From positions 15,345 through 79,344 of the forward strand of contig JAAXHJ010000055.1 in NCBI GenBank assembly GCA_012270965.1: a stretch of DNA of 64,000 nt. Reading direction: 5' to 3'. Below, in pieces: positions 1-10,969 of the stretch. This DNA is from Candidatus Palauibacter poriticola (GTDB lineage Bacteria > Gemmatimonadota > Gemmatimonadetes > Palauibacterales > Palauibacteraceae). The notes beneath the pieces were generated by a model, which worked only from the letters and a program-made list of their open reading frames with translations, ran no database searches and was not told where the DNA came from. The translations under genes were made by a program, and so were the position numbers. Every line of letters begins with the position of its first letter. The first letter of the stretch is position 1.

Positions 1-629
1 CCCGCCACGTCGCCTCCGTCCGCCGGGTCGGCTCCATCCGGCCGGGGGACGACGAGCCCCGGGTCCGGAAGCGTCACGTGGAGCCGCCGGGCCGAGCGCC
101 GGGATCCCTCGTCGAGGGCCCGGCGGGCCTCCGGGCCGTCGAGGTCCCAGCGCACGATGAACCGGTCGGTTTCGCCCCCGCCGTGCAAGGGGCTCCCCGT
201 ATCGGCGCCGTACATGTTCGGTGCGTAGCGAAGCACCGTCGCGCCAAGCCGGTTCAGGTTCAAGTGCGCGTTGCGTGCGACCATCGGGTCGTACGTCCAA
301 AAGATCGTGCGGATGCCGTCGGACCGGACAGACTCCCGCTGAAAGAGCTTCAAGTCGCGGCCCAGGCCCCGTCCGCGCGCGGACGGCGCGACGGCCAGCA
401 TGTGCGACCAGTGAGACGGGACACCCTCGAACCGTCCCAGGAGGGAATAGACGAAGCCAATCATGCGCCCGTCCTCGAACGCGCCACCCGCGAACCCGCC
501 GATCTTCCGGGAGACTTGGAGGACGGAGGCGGGAACGATGTCGGAGAACTCCTCCCCCCACGTCATCTCTTGGAGCCGCACGCACGCGCGCCACTCATCG
601 AGCGTCTCGAGCGCCCGAAACTCCGTCAC
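1..629 (-). CDS. GNAT-family N-acyl(succinyl)transferase, partner of NSAR/OSBS (3' end runs off the window)
   Basis: Not in the ORF track. Manual translation from GTG at 629 (overlaps the menC stop): VTEFRALETLDEWRACVRLQEMTWGEEFSDIVP...HWSHMLAVAPSARGRGLGRDLKLFQR...WTYDPMVARNAHLNLNRLGA. Contains the acyl-CoA motif RGRGLG. Confidence 0.8.
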   Translation of the reverse strand, partial: MTEFRALETLDEWRACVRLQEMTWGEEFSDIVPASVLQVSRKIGGFAGGAFEDGRMIGFVYSLLGRFEGVPSHWSHMLAVAPSARGRGLGRDLKLFQRESVRSDGIRTIFWTYDPMVARNAHLNLNRLGATVLRYAPNMYGADTGSPLHGGGETDRFIVRWDLDGPEARRALDEGSRRSARRLHVTLPDPGLVVPRPDGADPADGGDVA

Positions 630-1786
630 GCCGACACGCGAACGCAGGCACCGGCGGCGAGCGTCTCGCTCCGCCGCGTGAGCGCTTCCACGCGCTCGAT
701 GTCCACTTCCACGCCGAGCCCCGGCCGGTCGCGGGGCACCGCCACGAAGCCGTCCGCGCTCATCGTCCACTCGGGGGCGACGATGTCGCGTTCCCAGTAG
801 CGGGCGCTCGGCGACAGATCGCCGGGAAGCCGGAAGTTCGACATCGAGGCCAGCGCGACGTTGTAGGCCCGCCCGATTCCGCTCTCGAGCATCCCCCCGC
901 ACCAGACCGGCACTCCGGCCCGCTCCGAGAGGTCATGGATCTCGCGCGAGTTCCGGACCCCCCCGACCCGGCCCGGCTTGATGTTCACGATCCGCCCGCT
1001 GCCGAGCGCCAGCATGTCCTCGCACGACGCCGGGTCCACGATCGACTCGTCGAGGCAGAGGGGCGTGGCGAGCCGCTCCTGGAGCCGGGCGTGGCGCACG
1101 AGGTCACCGGCCGCCAGCGGCTGCTCGATCATGATCAGATCGAACGCGTCGAGTTCCGCCAGACGGTCCGCGTCGTCAAGCGTGTAGGCCGCGTTCGCGT
1201 CGACCGCGAGCGCCCGGTCCGGCCCGAGCGCCTCGCGCACCGCCCCGACGTACTCGATGTCCTTCTGCGGGCTGATCTTGAGCTTGACCTTGCCGTAGCC
1301 CTCGTCGACCGCCTGCCGCGCCTTCTCGACGAGCGCGGCGGGCGAGGGTTGGAGGCCGAGGGAGATCCCCGTCGCCACCCGGTCGCGAGTCCCTCCGACG
1401 AGTGCGGACAGAGAAACGCCCGCCACTTCGGCGCTCAGGCCCCAGATGCCCATCTCGATCGCGGCTTTGGCCATGGGGTGGCCTTGAACGCCCTCATCCA
1501 GAAGGGGCCCGACCGCCTCCGGGCCCTCCAGTTCCCGCCCCAGCACCCGCGGCAGGAGCCAGCGCCGCAACGCCAGCCGCGCGGTCTCCACCGTCTCGGG
1601 AGAATAGTTTGGCTGTTCCCCGCACACGCACTCCGACCACGCCGCGGCACCGCTCCGGTCGCGGAGTTCGAGGAGAAGGATCCGGCGGTTCTCGACCCAG
1701 CCGGAGGAGATGATGAACCGTTCCCGGAGCGGAAGTTCGATCTCCCGAAGCGTCACTTCCGTCAGGCACAGAGGGTTCGTCGGCAA
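626..1786 (-). CDS. menC: o-succinylbenzoate synthase / N-succinylamino acid racemase (enolase superfamily)
   Basis: KVKLK, VDANAAY, IEQPL, LDESI, NIKPGRVGG, WCGGMLES, PGDLSPS motifs. Start taken at TTG 1786 behind a GGAG; the ORF track extends to 1873. Confidence 0.88.
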   Translation of the reverse strand: MPTNPLCLTEVTLREIELPLRERFIISSGWVENRRILLLELRDRSGAAAWSECVCGEQPNYSPETVETARLALRRWLLPRVLGRELEGPEAVGPLLDEGVQGHPMAKAAIEMGIWGLSAEVAGVSLSALVGGTRDRVATGISLGLQPSPAALVEKARQAVDEGYGKVKLKISPQKDIEYVGAVREALGPDRALAVDANAAYTLDDADRLAELDAFDLIMIEQPLAAGDLVRHARLQERLATPLCLDESIVDPASCEDMLALGSGRIVNIKPGRVGGVRNSREIHDLSERAGVPVWCGGMLESGIGRAYNVALASMSNFRLPGDLSPSARYWERDIVAPEWTMSADGFVAVPRDRPGLGVEVDIERVEALTRRSETLAAGACVRVSA

Positions 1787-1977
1787 GGCGTTCGTCTCCG
1801 CGCGGGGTGGGTCGATCCGCGACCGGTCGCCCCGGTCCGCTCGGGCCCGGACAGGGGCCACCCTGGCAGCCACGGGCTCCTACGGGCCGGCGTCGACAGC
1901 CGCGGGAAGACCCGGCCGGAAGGCGGGACGTTAGCCGTTGTCACACCGGTCGCGCCAGAATCGGACCCCGGCGGAAC

Positions 1978-2018
1978 AGGATCGGATGGAGACGGAGAAC
2001 GGATCGGATGGAGAACGG
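1978..2018. repeat. Short imperfect direct repeats (GGATCGGATGGAGA x2 plus partial copies) just past the DUF5916 stop
   Basis: ggatcggatggaga at about 1979 and 2001, followed by gatggagag inside the gene end. Confidence 0.55.
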
Positions 2019-4817
2019 TCAGATGGAGAGGTAGTGACTCACCTTGACGATGAAGACGTTCTCCGCGGGCGCCAGCCACAGTCCCTCGAGGTCGCGGCTG
2101 AGGTCGAAATCACCGAGCAGGACGCTCTCGCGGCGCGCGTGCTGCCACACGAGGAAGAGTTCGGATCCCGGGCGGTACTCCCAGCGGAACACCGCGTTGC
2201 CTCGCAGCGAACGGATGTTGAAATCGCGGTCCCGGGTCGAGTAGTCCAACTCGCCGTCGCCGTTGAAGTCGAAGTAGCGCACGCCGTCGAAGGCACACGT
2301 CGTTCCGTCCTTGCATCCCGTGACGACGCCGTTGAAGCGGTAGGCCCGCCCCTCGGCATGGTCGAGAAAATCGAACGACGCGGCGGCCGCGAGTTGGCGG
2401 TAGCCTCGGTAGTCGCCCGAGGTGAGCAGCGGTTGCGCGTAGAGCTGCAGGCTGAGGTCGGGTGTGAACGACACGTTCAGGCGCGTCTCCATCGAGAACC
2501 CGGTCCGCCGGAGATCGCCGAACAGGTACCGGTCGCCGTACGTCGGCGCGTAGGGCAGCGTGGTCGACCGGGCCACGAATTGCGCTCCGTCGCGCCGGTC
2601 GTTGTAGTTCGGATTCAGGGACACCCGCCAGTTCGGAAGCGGCCGGTAGGAGATGTTCACGCCGGTGCTCATGTCGTATCCGCGCCCCCGCGCCGCCACT
2701 CGATACGAGAGGTTCGGCGACACGTGGAATGACCGGCTCCGATCCGTGTTCGCGTCCGCCCGGACGTTGAACTCCGCGGGTTCGGTCATGAGCGGGCCGC
2801 CACGGGTCTGCGTATCGGATTGCGATTCCGGCGAGTACGAGAAGTTGAGGTTGAAGCCCCAGTTGTTTAGGAAGGTGAACCTTCCGCTGACCCACGCGGC
2901 TCCCGTGTCGTAGGACCGGCGCCAGTGGTCCGGCCCCCGCACCTTCTCCAGGAGCGAATGACGGAAGTTGTGGAAGGTGAAGAGGCTGATGTTGTAGTTG
3001 CGGAACAGGTCGCCCGGCCGGATCTCGCGATATCCGATGCGGGCCCCCACGTCGAGCCGTTCGCCGGTGGTCAGGAAACCGAAGTCGTTGACCTCGAAGC
3101 CGGGGGTCTGCTGGCCCGCCCAGGTACCCCACGTCCAGTGCTCGCCCTCCTTCTCGAGTTGTACGCGCCAGTCGCTCCCGAAGAGGGACGTGGCGGTGGA
3201 GTCGACCGCCAGGTAGGTGGCGTCGGGACGCTGATAATAGTGCGTCGGATTGCGCTGCAACCTGACGAGCGCCTCGTTCGATCCCTGGACCAAGCTACCC
3301 GAGTAGAAGCCCCACAGACGATAGTCGCGCCCGCGCGGTCCGCCCCACTGGTGCTCGAAATCGAGGCCGAAGCTGAACGCCTCCGAGGGGAGGAAGTCGA
3401 ACGATCCGTCGCCCGGCAGTTCCCGCTTCAGCCCGGTGCCGATGACGCCGACCTTGCTGGCACCCCCGCGGAAATCCTGCTGTAGCCTCAATACGGCATG
3501 CTCGGCCTGCGGCTCGGCCACGAACCGGCCCAGGGAATCGCCCTGCGCGAAGTACGCCTGCCCGCTCTCCTGCCCGGTCACCGCCGCCAAGGCCCCGACC
3601 GAGAGACCGCCGGACGTGCGGCCGGTCAGCTTGGCGGCACCGAGAATCGAGGTCAGGTTCGGGGTGTCGCGGAAGCTGGCCTCGTAGGGCCCGAATCCCC
3701 GCGGTTCCCGCCCGATCCGCCGGCTGAAGAAGAGCGCCTTGCCGCCGCCGAAGCGCCCGCCGCGCGAGCCGGCGAAGGTGAAGATCTGCGCGTCGCGCAC
3801 GAAGAAGGGGCGCTTCTCCGGAAAGAAGGTCTCGAAGGCCGTGAGGTTGATGACCTCCGGGTCCACCTCGACTTGGCCGAAGTCGGGATAGACGGTCGCG
3901 TCGAGGCTGAACGCGGAGCCGATCCCCATGCTCACGTCAAGGCCGCCGCGAGGTTCCATCTCGGTGCCGTCGAACAGCGGGTTCCCCGGTGCCGCGGGCG
4001 CGGTGTGGTACTGCGACACCGCGAAGGGCCGGACCTCGAGCCTGCGGCTCGATCGAGGGAGTTGCAGCCCATCGATCGTGCCGAACTGGCTGACTCGCCC
4101 CCGGGCCGTGCGCGACTGCAGGGCGAAATAATCCGTCTCGTTCGTCTCGAGACGCCGACGCTCGAAGTTGATCCCCCAGGTCTGCATGCCGGGGCGGGCC
4201 TCATAGCGGATCTGTGAGAGCGGGATCCGCATCTCCACGGTCCACCCCTGGTCGTCGACCTGCACGGCGGAGTCCCAGATCGCGTCCCAGTTCACGTCTT
4301 CCCGGGTATCGCCGAACAGGTACCGATCCGTCTCGGCCCCCGCGGCGCTGACCTCGAACTCGTAGCCGGTCAGCCCGTCCCGGTTCGGATCGAGGGAGAG
4401 CTTGAAGGAGTCGAAGGAACCGCGTTCATCCCGGCGTGTGAGGCGCGCCCGGATCACGCTCGGGTCGCTCTCGTACATGCGGGCGGCGACGTAGATCGCG
4501 CCGTCGTCGAACACGACCCGCACCTCGGTCGGCTCGGACGGTTCCGCGCCCTCCAGAGGGACCCCCTGAACGAAGTCCGTGATAATGGGGGCCGGCTGCC
4601 AGGCGGGGTCGCCGAGCCGGCCGTCGATCGAGAGCGCGCCCTCGCGGCGCACCGCCTCCACGGCCGCCGGCGCCACGCCGCCTCTGAAGACGGTCGCCCC
4701 CGGCCCCTCGGGCGGTGAGAGTCCCTCCTGTTGCGCGGACAGCCCCCACCCAACTCCGGATATCGCGAGAGCCGCGGGGAGGAGCACCGCGCGGCCCGCC
4801 AGATGCAAGTTTTTCAT
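2019..4817 (-). CDS. Secreted/outer-membrane protein with CBM9-like N-terminal domain and DUF5916 domain
   Basis: Signal peptide, IDGRLGDPAW, EMRIPLSQIRY, DATVYPDFGQVEVD, FFPEKRPFF, C-terminal LRWEY-like FRWEYRPGSELFLVW. Start taken at ATG 4817. Confidence 0.8.
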   Translation of the reverse strand: MKNLHLAGRAVLLPAALAISGVGWGLSAQQEGLSPPEGPGATVFRGGVAPAAVEAVRREGALSIDGRLGDPAWQPAPIITDFVQGVPLEGAEPSEPTEVRVVFDDGAIYVAARMYESDPSVIRARLTRRDERGSFDSFKLSLDPNRDGLTGYEFEVSAAGAETDRYLFGDTREDVNWDAIWDSAVQVDDQGWTVEMRIPLSQIRYEARPGMQTWGINFERRRLETNETDYFALQSRTARGRVSQFGTIDGLQLPRSSRRLEVRPFAVSQYHTAPAAPGNPLFDGTEMEPRGGLDVSMGIGSAFSLDATVYPDFGQVEVDPEVINLTAFETFFPEKRPFFVRDAQIFTFAGSRGGRFGGGKALFFSRRIGREPRGFGPYEASFRDTPNLTSILGAAKLTGRTSGGLSVGALAAVTGQESGQAYFAQGDSLGRFVAEPQAEHAVLRLQQDFRGGASKVGVIGTGLKRELPGDGSFDFLPSEAFSFGLDFEHQWGGPRGRDYRLWGFYSGSLVQGSNEALVRLQRNPTHYYQRPDATYLAVDSTATSLFGSDWRVQLEKEGEHWTWGTWAGQQTPGFEVNDFGFLTTGERLDVGARIGYREIRPGDLFRNYNISLFTFHNFRHSLLEKVRGPDHWRRSYDTGAAWVSGRFTFLNNWGFNLNFSYSPESQSDTQTRGGPLMTEPAEFNVRADANTDRSRSFHVSPNLSYRVAARGRGYDMSTGVNISYRPLPNWRVSLNPNYNDRRDGAQFVARSTTLPYAPTYGDRYLFGDLRRTGFSMETRLNVSFTPDLSLQLYAQPLLTSGDYRGYRQLAAAASFDFLDHAEGRAYRFNGVVTGCKDGTTCAFDGVRYFDFNGDGELDYSTRDRDFNIRSLRGNAVFRWEYRPGSELFLVWQHARRESVLLGDFDLSRDLEGLWLAPAENVFIVKVSHYLSI

Positions 4818-4920
4818 GTAGGGCCAGACACGCCTTCGCGCGCGATCGTTTAATCGCGTCCGATCCAAGTTTCCCCGGCGTTCAGGTGACGCTAGTTTGA
4901 TGTCCGCCGGGGCATCCGGA

Positions 4921-4969
4921 CGTGGTGATTTGAGGCGGATTGCAGCCACGCAAAACAATCGCTAAAGAG
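4921..4969 (+). ncRNA. SAM-II (SAM_alpha-type) riboswitch aptamer
   Basis: CGTGGTGATTTGAGGCGGATTGCAGCCACGCAAAACAATCGCTAAAG. P1 pairs 4921-4927 with 4943-4950; pseudoknot GCG-G-AUUG pairs with CAAUCGC; conserved GAUUU, UUGCA and GCUAAA. Lies directly upstream of metH. Confidence 0.88.
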
Positions 4970-4973
4970 CCAC

Positions 4974-5011
4974 GCCCCGGGCGCGATTCTTTGGCGGCCG
5001 GGGTTTTTTTT
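4974..5011 (+). terminator. Intrinsic terminator forming the riboswitch expression platform
   Basis: Stem (G)CCCCGG 4974-4980 with CCGGGG(T) 4998-5004, followed by 8 T (5004-5011), ending 13 nt before the metH GTG. Confidence 0.8.
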
Positions 5012-5023
5012 GAGGGGAACGTC

Positions 5024-8000
5024 GTGTCCGAAGGGCGAGAACAGCGCGTCACACGGATTCGGGAGTCGCTCGAGCGGCGCATCCTCCTGATGGACGGCGG
5101 CGCGGGAACGATGATCCAGCGGCTGGGCCTCGACGAGGCGGCCTATCGCGCGGGTCCGCTCGCGGATCATCCGCAGCCCCTGTTCGGGAACCACGATGTG
5201 CTGTGCCTCACTCGTCCCGACGAGATCGCGTCCCTCTACCGGGGCTACCTGGAGGCGGGGGCCGACTTCGTCACGACGAATACCTTCAACGCCCAGGCCA
5301 TCTCCCAGGCGGACTACGGCATCTCCGCCGAGGCCGGGAACGCCCGCCTCATCCACGACATGAATTGCTCGGCGGCGCGGATCGCCCGGCATGAAGCCGA
5401 TGAGGCGACGCGGGCGGATCCCTCGCGGCCCCGCTTCGTGCTCGGGAGCATGGGGCCGACCAATCGGACCGCCTCTCTCTCGCCGGATGTGGAGAACCCG
5501 GCGTTCCGCGCCGTCTCCTTCGACGAACTCGCCCGCGCCTATCGACAGCAGGCGGAGGGACTCGTCGAGGGCGGCGCCGACGTGCTGCTCGTCGAGACCG
5601 TGTTCGACACGCTCAACGCGAAGGCGGCGATCTTCGCCATCCTCGAACTCGAGGCGGACCTCGCCGAGCCGCTGCCGATCGCGGTCTCCGGCACGATCAC
5701 CGACCTCTCGGGGCGGACGCTGTCGGGGCAGACGGTGGAGGCGTTCTGGCTCTCGATTCGGCATGCGGACCCCCTCTTCGTCGGTCTCAACTGCGCGCTC
5801 GGAGCGGAGGAACTCGAGCCCTACGTCGCGGAGCTCTCCGCCGTGGCCGATGTTCCCGTGAGCTGCCACCCCAACGCGGGCCTCCCGAACGAGTTCGGGG
5901 GCTACGACGACACGCCAGACCACATGTCCGACCTGCTGGGGGAGTTCGCGGACCGCGGGCTCCTCAACCTCGTCGGCGGCTGCTGCGGGACGGAGCCGGC
6001 GCACATCCGGGCCCTGGCGGAGCGCATGGAGGGCGTACCCCCGCGACGGATTACCGCCATCGAGCCGCTGCCCCGCTTCTCGGGTCTCGAGCCGCTGGCG
6101 ATCCGGCCGGACACGCTGTTCGTGAACATCGGCGAGCGCACGAACGTCACGGGCTCGGCCCGCTTCGCGCGTCTCATCCGGGAGGACGATTTCGACGAGG
6201 CGGTCGAGGTCGCGCGCGACCAGGTCGTCAACGGGGCGCAGCTTCTCGACGTGAACATGGACGAGGGCCTCCTCGACTCCGAAGCCGCCATGACGCGTTT
6301 CCTGAACCTCATCGCGGCGGAACCCGACATCGCCCGCGTCCCCACGGTCATCGACTCCTCACGCTGGGAGGTCATCGAGGCGGGGCTGAAGTGCACGCAG
6401 GGCAGAGCGGTCGTGAACTCGATCTCGCTCAAGGAGGGGGAGGAGGCGTTTCTCGAACAGGCGGCCCTCATCCGCCGCTACGGGGCCGGCGTCATCGTCA
6501 TGGCTTTCGACGAGCGGGGGCAGGCGGACACGGTGGACCGCAAGGTGGAGGTCTGCGGCCGCGCCTACGGCCTCCTGCTCGGCGCCGGTTTCCGGCCCGG
6601 CGAGATCATCTTCGATCCCAACGTCTTCGCCGTGGGAACGGGAATCGCGGAACACGACGAGTACGGGGTCGCCTTCATCGAAGCAGTGCGCCGGATCAAG
6701 AGCGAGCTTCCCGGCGCGATGACGAGCGGTGGGATCAGCAACATCTCCTTCTCCTATAGGGGAAACGACGCCGTAAGAGAGGCGATGCACACCGCCTTCC
6801 TGTACCATGCGATCGCGGCCGGACTCGACATGGGGATCGTGAACGCGGGACGGCTCCCCCTCTACGACGACATCGACCCGGAACTGCTCGAAGCGGTGGA
6901 GGATGTCCTGCTCGCCCGCCGGTCGGGAGCGACGGAGCGACTGACGGACCTCGCGGGCCGGATCCGGGACGAGGGGATCGAGACCCGGGTGGACGACGCG
7001 TGGCGCTCGGAGGGCGTCGAGGCGCGGCTCGAGCACGCGCTCGTGGAGGGGATCGTCGAGCACATCGAGGCGGATGCCGAGGAGGCGCGCCTCCTATACG
7101 GCAAGGCGCTCCCGGTCATCGAGGGGCCGCTCATGGCGGGGATGAATCGCGTCGGCGACCTGTTCGGGAGCGGGCGCATGTTCCTGCCGCAGGTCGTGAA
7201 GTCGGCGCGGGTGATGAAGCGGGCCGTCGCCTTCCTCGTCCCCCACCTGGAGGCGGAGAAGGAGGGGAAGGCGGCGGGGAAGGGAACGATTCTCCTCGCG
7301 ACGGTGAAGGGGGACGTCCACGACATCGGGAAGAACATCGTCGGCGTCGTCCTGCAGTGTAACGGCTACGACACCGTGGATCTCGGCGTCATGGTCCCCC
7401 CGGACCGCATTCTCGCGGAGGCCCGGGCCCACGGCGCGGACGTGATCGGGCTCAGCGGCCTGATCACGCCGTCGTTGGACGAGATGGTGCGCGTGGCGAG
7501 CGAGATGGAGCGGCAGGCGTTCGAGGTGCCTCTCCTCATCGGAGGCGCGACGACGTCGCGGAAGCACACGGCGGTCAAGATCGAGGAGCGGTACTCGGGG
7601 GCGACCGTGCACGTGCTCGACGCCTCGCGCGCGGTGGGGGTCGTGGGGAAGCTCCTGGGCGACGACGGCGGGGCGGAGTTCGTGGAGCGGACGCGCGCCG
7701 AATACCGGCGCGTGCGTGCGGAATACCGGGGGATGAGACGCCCGCTCACCACGATTGATCGAGCCCGCGCGAACCGGCTTGCGGTCGATGCGGCCGTGGC
7801 GGTGCCGTCGCCGCGGGAACCCGGCGCGCATGTGTACGACCCGTTTCCGCTGGAGGAACTGGTCGGCTACATCGACTGGACTCCGTTCTTCCAGACTTGG
7901 GAGATAAGGGGTCGCTTCCCCCGGCTGCTCGACCATCCCGAGCGGGGGGCGGCGGCGCGCGCGCTGTACGACGATGCCCGCCGGCTGCTCGACGAGATCG

Positions 8001-8773
8001 TCGGAGACGGATCCCTCACGGCGCGAGCGGTCGCGGGGCTGTATCCGGCGAACGCCCGCGGGGACGACATCGTCCTCTTCGCGCCGGGCGAAGGGGCGCC
8101 GGGCGAAGGGGCGCCGGGAGATGGGCGTCGCGAGTTGCTCCGCGTGCCCCACCTCCGGCAACAGATGGACCGCTCAACGGGCGCGAACGTCAGTGTGGCC
8201 GACTTCGTCCTCCCCGAGACGGTGGGCGCCGCCGACTGGAGCGGCGCCTTCGCCGTGACGGCCGGGATCGGCCTGGAGGCGCTCTGCGCCCGCTTCGAGG
8301 CGGCCGTGGACGACTACCGGAGCCTGCTTGCGAAATCGCTCGCCGACCGGCTGGCGGAGGCCCTGGCCGAGCGTCTGCACGAGATCGTGCGCACGGACCT
8401 CTGGGGCTATGCGCGGGACGAGGCGCTCGACAACGAGGCGCGGATCGCCGAGCGCTACGTCGGGATCCGTCCGGCCCCGGGTTATCCGGCGTGTCCCGAC
8501 CACTCGCAGAAGGCGCTCCTCTTCGACCTGCTCGACGTGGAGCGTCGTCTCGGGATCACCCTCACGGAGAACTACGCCATGCATCCCGCCGCCTCGGTGT
8601 CCGGCTGGTACTTCGCGCGGCCGGAGGCGCGGTACTTCGGTCTGGGCCGCATCGGGCGCGATCAGGTGAAGGACTACGCCGCGCGCAGCGGGATCTCGCT
8701 CGCCGAGGCGGAGCGCCGCCTCTCGCCCAACCTGGCGTACGACCGGGATCCGGTGCCGGAGGCGACGGCGTGA
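5024..8773 (+). CDS. metH: Cobalamin-dependent methionine synthase
   Basis: [33 protein letters not shown]12-binding [12 protein letters not shown]-terminal [15 protein letters not shown] 5024 with SD GAGGGG. Confidence 0.97.
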   Translation: MSEGREQRVTRIRESLERRILLMDGGAGTMIQRLGLDEAAYRAGPLADHPQPLFGNHDVLCLTRPDEIASLYRGYLEAGADFVTTNTFNAQAISQADYGISAEAGNARLIHDMNCSAARIARHEADEATRADPSRPRFVLGSMGPTNRTASLSPDVENPAFRAVSFDELARAYRQQAEGLVEGGADVLLVETVFDTLNAKAAIFAILELEADLAEPLPIAVSGTITDLSGRTLSGQTVEAFWLSIRHADPLFVGLNCALGAEELEPYVAELSAVADVPVSCHPNAGLPNEFGGYDDTPDHMSDLLGEFADRGLLNLVGGCCGTEPAHIRALAERMEGVPPRRITAIEPLPRFSGLEPLAIRPDTLFVNIGERTNVTGSARFARLIREDDFDEAVEVARDQVVNGAQLLDVNMDEGLLDSEAAMTRFLNLIAAEPDIARVPTVIDSSRWEVIEAGLKCTQGRAVVNSISLKEGEEAFLEQAALIRRYGAGVIVMAFDERGQADTVDRKVEVCGRAYGLLLGAGFRPGEIIFDPNVFAVGTGIAEHDEYGVAFIEAVRRIKSELPGAMTSGGISNISFSYRGNDAVREAMHTAFLYHAIAAGLDMGIVNAGRLPLYDDIDPELLEAVEDVLLARRSGATERLTDLAGRIRDEGIETRVDDAWRSEGVEARLEHALVEGIVEHIEADAEEARLLYGKALPVIEGPLMAGMNRVGDLFGSGRMFLPQVVKSARVMKRAVAFLVPHLEAEKEGKAAGKGTILLATVKGDVHDIGKNIVGVVLQCNGYDTVDLGVMVPPDRILAEARAHGADVIGLSGLITPSLDEMVRVASEMERQAFEVPLLIGGATTSRKHTAVKIEERYSGATVHVLDASRAVGVVGKLLGDDGGAEFVERTRAEYRRVRAEYRGMRRPLTTIDRARANRLAVDAAVAVPSPREPGAHVYDPFPLEELVGYIDWTPFFQTWEIRGRFPRLLDHPERGAAARALYDDARRLLDEIVGDGSLTARAVAGLYPANARGDDIVLFAPGEGAPGEGAPGDGRRELLRVPHLRQQMDRSTGANVSVADFVLPETVGAADWSGAFAVTAGIGLEALCARFEAAVDDYRSLLAKSLADRLAEALAERLHEIVRTDLWGYARDEALDNEARIAERYVGIRPAPGYPACPDHSQKALLFDLLDVERRLGITLTENYAMHPAASVSGWYFARPEARYFGLGRIGRDQVKDYAARSGISLAEAERRLSPNLAYDRDPVPEATA
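8081..8125 (+). repeat. In-frame 15-bp tandem repeat x3 ([15 protein letters not shown]) in the MetH reactivation domain
   Basis: gcgccgggcgaaggg x2 then gcgccgggagatggg. Confidence 0.85.
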
Positions 8774-10614
8774 GCGGGCGGCTGCGGGAATGGATCGAGG
8801 GCGACCGCATCCACCTGATCGATGGCGCGATGGGGACGGTGCTGTACGAGAGCGGCGTGTTCGTGAACCAGTGCTACGACGAGCTGAACCTCTCCGAGCC
8901 CGATCTGGTGCTTGGCGTCCACGCCGACTACGTGCGGGCGGGGGCGCAACTCATCGAGACCAACACCTTCGGCGCGAACCCCGTCAAACTCGAGGCGTTC
9001 GGGCTCGAGCCGTCCGCGCACGAGATCAACGTGGCGGCCGCGCGCCTGGCCCGGCAGGCGGCCGGCGGGCGCGCCGAGGTTCTCGGGGCCGTCGGCCCGC
9101 TCGGCATCCGCATCGAACCCTGGGGTCCGACGTCGGTGGACGAGGCGGCCGACCTCTTCGGGCGACAGGTCGCCGGGCTCGCGGAGGGCGGCGTCGACGG
9201 CTTCATGCTCGAGACCTTCTCCGATCTCGATGAACTGCTGCAGGCGGTGCGGGCGGTGCGGACGGTCGCGGGGGCGGTGCCCGTGTTCGCGCAGATGACC
9301 TTCGGAGACGCGGGCCACACGGAGTACGGTTCCACGATCGAGGCCGCGGCGGCGGCGCTGGAAAGCGCCGGGGCGGACGTCATCGGCCTTAACTGCTCGG
9401 TCGGCCCCTCCTCCATGTTGTTCGGCGTCGAGCGCATGGTGGCGGCCACCTCGCGGCCGGTGTCCGCGCTGCCCAACGCGGGGCTGCCGCGCGACATCGG
9501 CGACCGGAAGATCTATCTCGCGAGTCCGGAATACATGGCCCGCTACGCCCGGCGCATGGCGGAGACGGGTGCCCGCTTCGTGGGAGGGTGCTGCGGGACG
9601 TCGCCCGAACACACGCGCCTGACGGCGACGCTGCTGGGAACCGACGGCCCGGGACCGGCTCGCGTGTCCGTCGCCTCCCCGGGCGAGACCGGTGCCCAGG
9701 CGGCGAGCGAGCCGACTCCGCTAGCGGACCGCTCCGCACTCGGACGCCGGCTCGCGCGCGGCGAGTTCGTGGGGGCGGTGGAGCTGACGCCGCCGCGCGG
9801 GTGGGATCCGAGCGAACTGCTGGCGGGAACCCGCCGGCTCCGCGACGCCGGCGTGCACGCCGTCCACATCGTCGACGGCCCCGCGCACCGGAGCCGCATC
9901 GCCTCGCTCCCCGCCGCGATCGTCATCGAACGCGAACTCGATATGGAGACCGTCCCGCACTACGGCTGCCGCGACCGCAACATGCTCGGCATGCTGAGCG
10001 ACCTCCTGGGCGCGGCCGCCGCCGGCCTCCGCAACGTCGTCCTCGTCACCGGCGACCCCCCGCGCGGCGGCCCCTACGACACGGGCGGCGTGTACGACAT
10101 CGACAGCATCGGTCTCACGAACATCGTCCGGCAGTTGAACCTCGGGCTCGATCCGGGTGGGAGTTCGATCGGCGCCCCGACCTCGTTCGTGAAGGGGGTC
10201 GCCGTGAATCCCGGAGCTGTCGACCCGGAGGAGGAGATCCGGCGTTTCGCCTGGAAGGCCGAGGCGGGCGCGGACTTTGCCGTCACGCAGCCCATCTTCG
10301 ACCCCGGCAGGTTCCTCGCCTTCGCCGGCGAGATCGAAGGTTTCGGCGTGCCGCTCGTCGTGGGTATATGGCCCCCGATTTCGCTCGAGAACGCCGAGTT
10401 CCTGGCGCACGAGGTGCCCGGAGTCGACGTGCCTGCGGAGGTGCTGGAGCGAATGGCGCGAGCCCGGGAGCGCGGAGTCGAAGCGGCGGCGCGGGAGGGT
10501 GTCGCCGTGGCTCGCGAGGTGCTGGAAGCCGTGCGGCCTCATGCCGCGGGCGCCTTGGTCAGCACCCCCGGGAACGAAGTCGACCGCGCCGCCGCCGTCC
10601 TGGCCCAGCCATGA
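8770..10614 (+). CDS. yitJ: Bifunctional homocysteine S-methyltransferase / methylenetetrahydrofolate reductase (YitJ-like)
   Basis: GTG overlaps the metH stop (GTGA). [27 protein letters not shown]; C-terminal [29 protein letters not shown]. Confidence 0.9.
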   Translation: MSGRLREWIEGDRIHLIDGAMGTVLYESGVFVNQCYDELNLSEPDLVLGVHADYVRAGAQLIETNTFGANPVKLEAFGLEPSAHEINVAAARLARQAAGGRAEVLGAVGPLGIRIEPWGPTSVDEAADLFGRQVAGLAEGGVDGFMLETFSDLDELLQAVRAVRTVAGAVPVFAQMTFGDAGHTEYGSTIEAAAAALESAGADVIGLNCSVGPSSMLFGVERMVAATSRPVSALPNAGLPRDIGDRKIYLASPEYMARYARRMAETGARFVGGCCGTSPEHTRLTATLLGTDGPGPARVSVASPGETGAQAASEPTPLADRSALGRRLARGEFVGAVELTPPRGWDPSELLAGTRRLRDAGVHAVHIVDGPAHRSRIASLPAAIVIERELDMETVPHYGCRDRNMLGMLSDLLGAAAAGLRNVVLVTGDPPRGGPYDTGGVYDIDSIGLTNIVRQLNLGLDPGGSSIGAPTSFVKGVAVNPGAVDPEEEIRRFAWKAEAGADFAVTQPIFDPGRFLAFAGEIEGFGVPLVVGIWPPISLENAEFLAHEVPGVDVPAEVLERMARARERGVEAAAREGVAVAREVLEAVRPHAAGALVSTPGNEVDRAAAVLAQP

Positions 10615-10969
10615 CCGGCTGCGACGAAACGGAGACGAACCCCCTGGATTAGTGCCGTCTCGCCGACCCACGCGTCAGGTCACCGATCCGGATACCTCCC
10701 CGAGCGGCTTGACGACCGTGAACTCACTTGTTGCTCCGCACGAATCGCCTCTGCCCGCGGCATCTCGTCCCGCCCGTGGCGGCCACGCGGGCCGGGACGA
10801 CCGTCCGACGTGCCGGAGTTTGTGCCCGCGCGGGCGGGGCCCGCAACTTGTGGCATGACCGGAACCGTCCGGGTCGCGCCGGTTCGACGACGCCCGCGGG
10901 AACATGCGTCGCCGCGGGAGGAGTCGTCGCTGGGTTCCGTAACCTCACGAGCGTGGAAGTGGAAACGAT

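Noticed and set aside
7897-8769. Long N-terminal extensions on YitJ, SpdH-like, ObgE, S9, DinB and DnaJ ORFs
   Set aside because: These are open frames overlapping upstream genes. The true starts are at coupled GTGA/ATGA junctions or SD-preceded codons.
10615-10969. Cobalamin or other riboswitch upstream of the OMP gene
   Set aside because: GC-rich hairpins are present, but no B12-box or other recognisable conserved motif.
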